Assembly: GCA_029953675.1 (NCBI GenBank)
Contig: JAMWBK010000009.1
Span: 558,001 to 622,000, forward strand
Source of the DNA: Rhodosorus marinus CCMP1338
Taxonomy: Eukaryota > Plantae > Rhodophyta
Reading direction: 5' to 3'
DNA length: 64,000 bases
In this document: one piece after another, positions 61,722 to 64,000 of the stretch
Layout: each line of letters opens with the position of its first letter
Numbering within the stretch: position 1 is the stretch's first letter
The notes under the pieces: generated by a model
What the model was told of the DNA's origin: nothing
Seen by the model: only the letters and a program-made list of their open reading frames with translations
The model's database searches: none
Made by a program: the position numbers and the translations under genes

Positions 61722-63173
61722 CTACCTGCCAACTAGCGTATCAACTGTGCTTCTCAGTTCCCCTGCCGCTCTCATCCCGCTGAGATACGCAGCCGTCATC
61801 GTTGAGTACAATGATGGATGGGTCGCCTCGCCTGCAAAGAACACTCTGCACCTGCTATCCACATCCCGCAAAGGATCCTGAATCGTCAGAAAAGTCTGCT
61901 CGTCGGAATTCACTCCTGGAAAGGAGTACGATCCGCCGAACAACGGATTGGTACCCCACTTCGACCTCCACAGCTTTTTTGGCGATGGTTTCACTCCACC
62001 CGTTACTCCGCTTGTTCTTAGGACTTCCAGAAGGTCTTCAACCACTACATCGTCTTGAAGCGATTCCATTTCCAGTGCCCGGCTACCTTTTACCCAAAAT
62101 TCGACAGTGTCGTGGTACGTTCCACCGCTGTAGAGGAAACTGTTCTGCATCCAGGTCGGTGCGGAACTATCGCAAGCAATTACTCGTGAATTGTAGCCGA
62201 AGTCATAATCCACCTGAAGTATCACCTTGTCCACCACTCCAAACCCGGCTGACTGGATGGCTTTGGCTTTGGCTTCAGACACGGCTGGGTCGAAGAACGA
62301 GTGGACGGTTTGCTTCAGGAAGCCAAGAGGCAGTGTGACAATCACATAATCACTAGAGTAGGAACCATTGCCTCTCGTGACGATGTTAACACCGGAAGTG
62401 CCCCATTGGATCTTAACTACTTCTTTCTGGTACAGAATGGGGCATGTGGGAGCGACGAGCTTCTCCATCCCCCCTGGTGCTGGAGTATTCTCTCCATCTA
62501 ACTCGTCGTACCCATCAAAATGACGTGCACTAACCTGCAATCAAACGTGTCAGATTTCTTCGCAGCCAGCGAAACTCCAACGTCGGCGCTTCACGGCCAT
62601 GTCGCTCACCTCGTTGAGATCATCGCAACCGGATATGCCACATTCAAGTTCCTTCCTTGCCTGGAAGATAAGCTCATCGAATGGACCAATTGAAGAGGCA
62701 TTCTCCTGCCATCTCTGATCCAGGTATTCGCCAACAGAGCTCGGAAGGCTCGACTTCGCTCCGTCATCCTTCAGCTCGTTCAGAAAGCTCCTAAAGAGTT
62801 TCATCACGCGCCGAACGTCGTCTGCTGGCAGAAGTGTCCCATCAGATCGAACGTATTTCAAAAGGCCCCAGTAGTCGTTGTCTTCATTCCTATCCACATC
62901 TTCTGGGTCTCTCTCATCCGGTCGGGGAAGAATCCCCAGCTTCTCCGCGCGCTTAAAGAGAGGATTTCCTGCCTTTCCATGCAGCCATGTTGCTCCCAGC
63001 TCAACTGCTCTACCCGACGCATCACGTTCAGTCCAAATTCGACCTCCAAAGCGCTCGCTGGCCTCTATGATCGTGACGTCGTAGCCATCTGCTTGCAGTT
63101 CGTTCGCTGCGGTCACCCCAGCCAAGCCCGCTCCAACTACGAATACCTTCACGTCACTTCGATCTTCGCCCAT
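61722..63173 (-). CDS. Flavin-containing amine oxidase (polyamine oxidase / PAOX-SMOX-like)
   Basis: VVGAGLAG, EASERFGGRIWT, VELGATWLHG, GSYSF, FAGEAT and TMTAAYLSGMRAA. Intron 62535-62609. An upstream intron (~63270-63347) may extend the 5' end. Confidence 0.9.
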
Positions 63174-64000
63174 CGTGTGGACTGGCAGAGTGCAGCGCTC
63201 TGCTCCGTGATAGTTGACTCTCACTGAGCCACGCCGAGCGAGCCACAGCTGGTTTCCAACACAACGTCTGGAAAGAAAAGGTAAAAGGATGCCGTTCAGG
63301 CTCTGAAGTAAGCCACCCAACTTGGACGGCCACGTTCCGGGTACTTACCCAACTTTGCAAAGTCCATGCTGGAACACAAACCCGCACCGCATGGAGTCAC
63401 TCTGACCCCGATCAGAACTTTGATAAGCTCTCGGATACGTTACCGTTGCTCTTCTCGTTGTGTGCCCACTTTTGTATGCGCTCTGTCTTAACTCCCGACA
63501 TCAATCTGAAGTTACCATCTTGTCGATCCATTGCTGGATCTGATGGCCATACACGCGTTCGAAAGTATCCGAGAACATAAGTAAATTGATCAATAGTCTG
63601 CACAGTCATGGGAGGTCAGTGGAGAGTGCTTCACGGCGAATGCCTGGAAGTTTGTAAAACCTGAGAACGATGATCTACCGGAACCCCGAAGTTAGCAGGT
63701 ACTCTATCCTGATCCGGTAAACTTCTGGCGCTTGCGGACTAGGGATGAAGTAGAAGTTTCATGTCATGAAAGGATCGATCGGTACCTAACAGGCTTTTTC
63801 TCTTGGTTGAGGTTTCAAAAGTCCCCGAAGTAGCTGGTTCTTGTTGCTCTCCTACATGCCTGCAGGGGACAGCCTGCAACCCTCTCCTGACACTGATGAG
63901 TAGAAGGCAGAGGCAGCTTTGTTGGGAAACTGCACTAGGACGTTGGCAGGGTGTTCAGAGCATGTACCCTTTATGGGTGATAAGCATATGACCATAATCT

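Noticed and set aside
63400-64000. Exon-like segments upstream of the amine oxidase
   Set aside because: Splice signals are present, but the window ends before a gene can be identified or linked to the oxidase

Overview
Eukaryotic nuclear DNA, almost certainly from a red alga. The evidence is a nucleus-encoded phycobilisome core linker (apcC) with an MAF-type transit peptide, a plastid FtsZ, and short GT-AG introns (mostly 55-175 nt). Gene-dense blocks alternate with AT-rich spacers flanked by strongly strand-skewed G/C-rich promoter tracts. Recognisable genes: two TEX264/GyrI-like paralogues, a secreted S1A protease fused to Cys-rich repeats and a hedgehog-type Hint (Hog) domain, a C2H2 zinc-finger protein, GrpE, a minimal bZIP, a probably inactive HtrA/Deg protease, DPB4/POLE3, a C2 protein, a TLC protein, FtsZ, kanadaptin, ARP5, QCR7, GCP2, ApcC and a polyamine-oxidase-like enzyme. 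Mobile DNA: an internally deleted Ty1/copia element carrying an 85-bp fold-back, and a decayed chromovirus-type Ty3/gypsy element. The most unusual items are (1) the protease-Hog autoprocessing fusion and (2) a six-copy array of structured ~80-nt units filling an oversized kanadaptin intron. All exon boundaries, alignments and pairings were worked out by eye; no database search was run.
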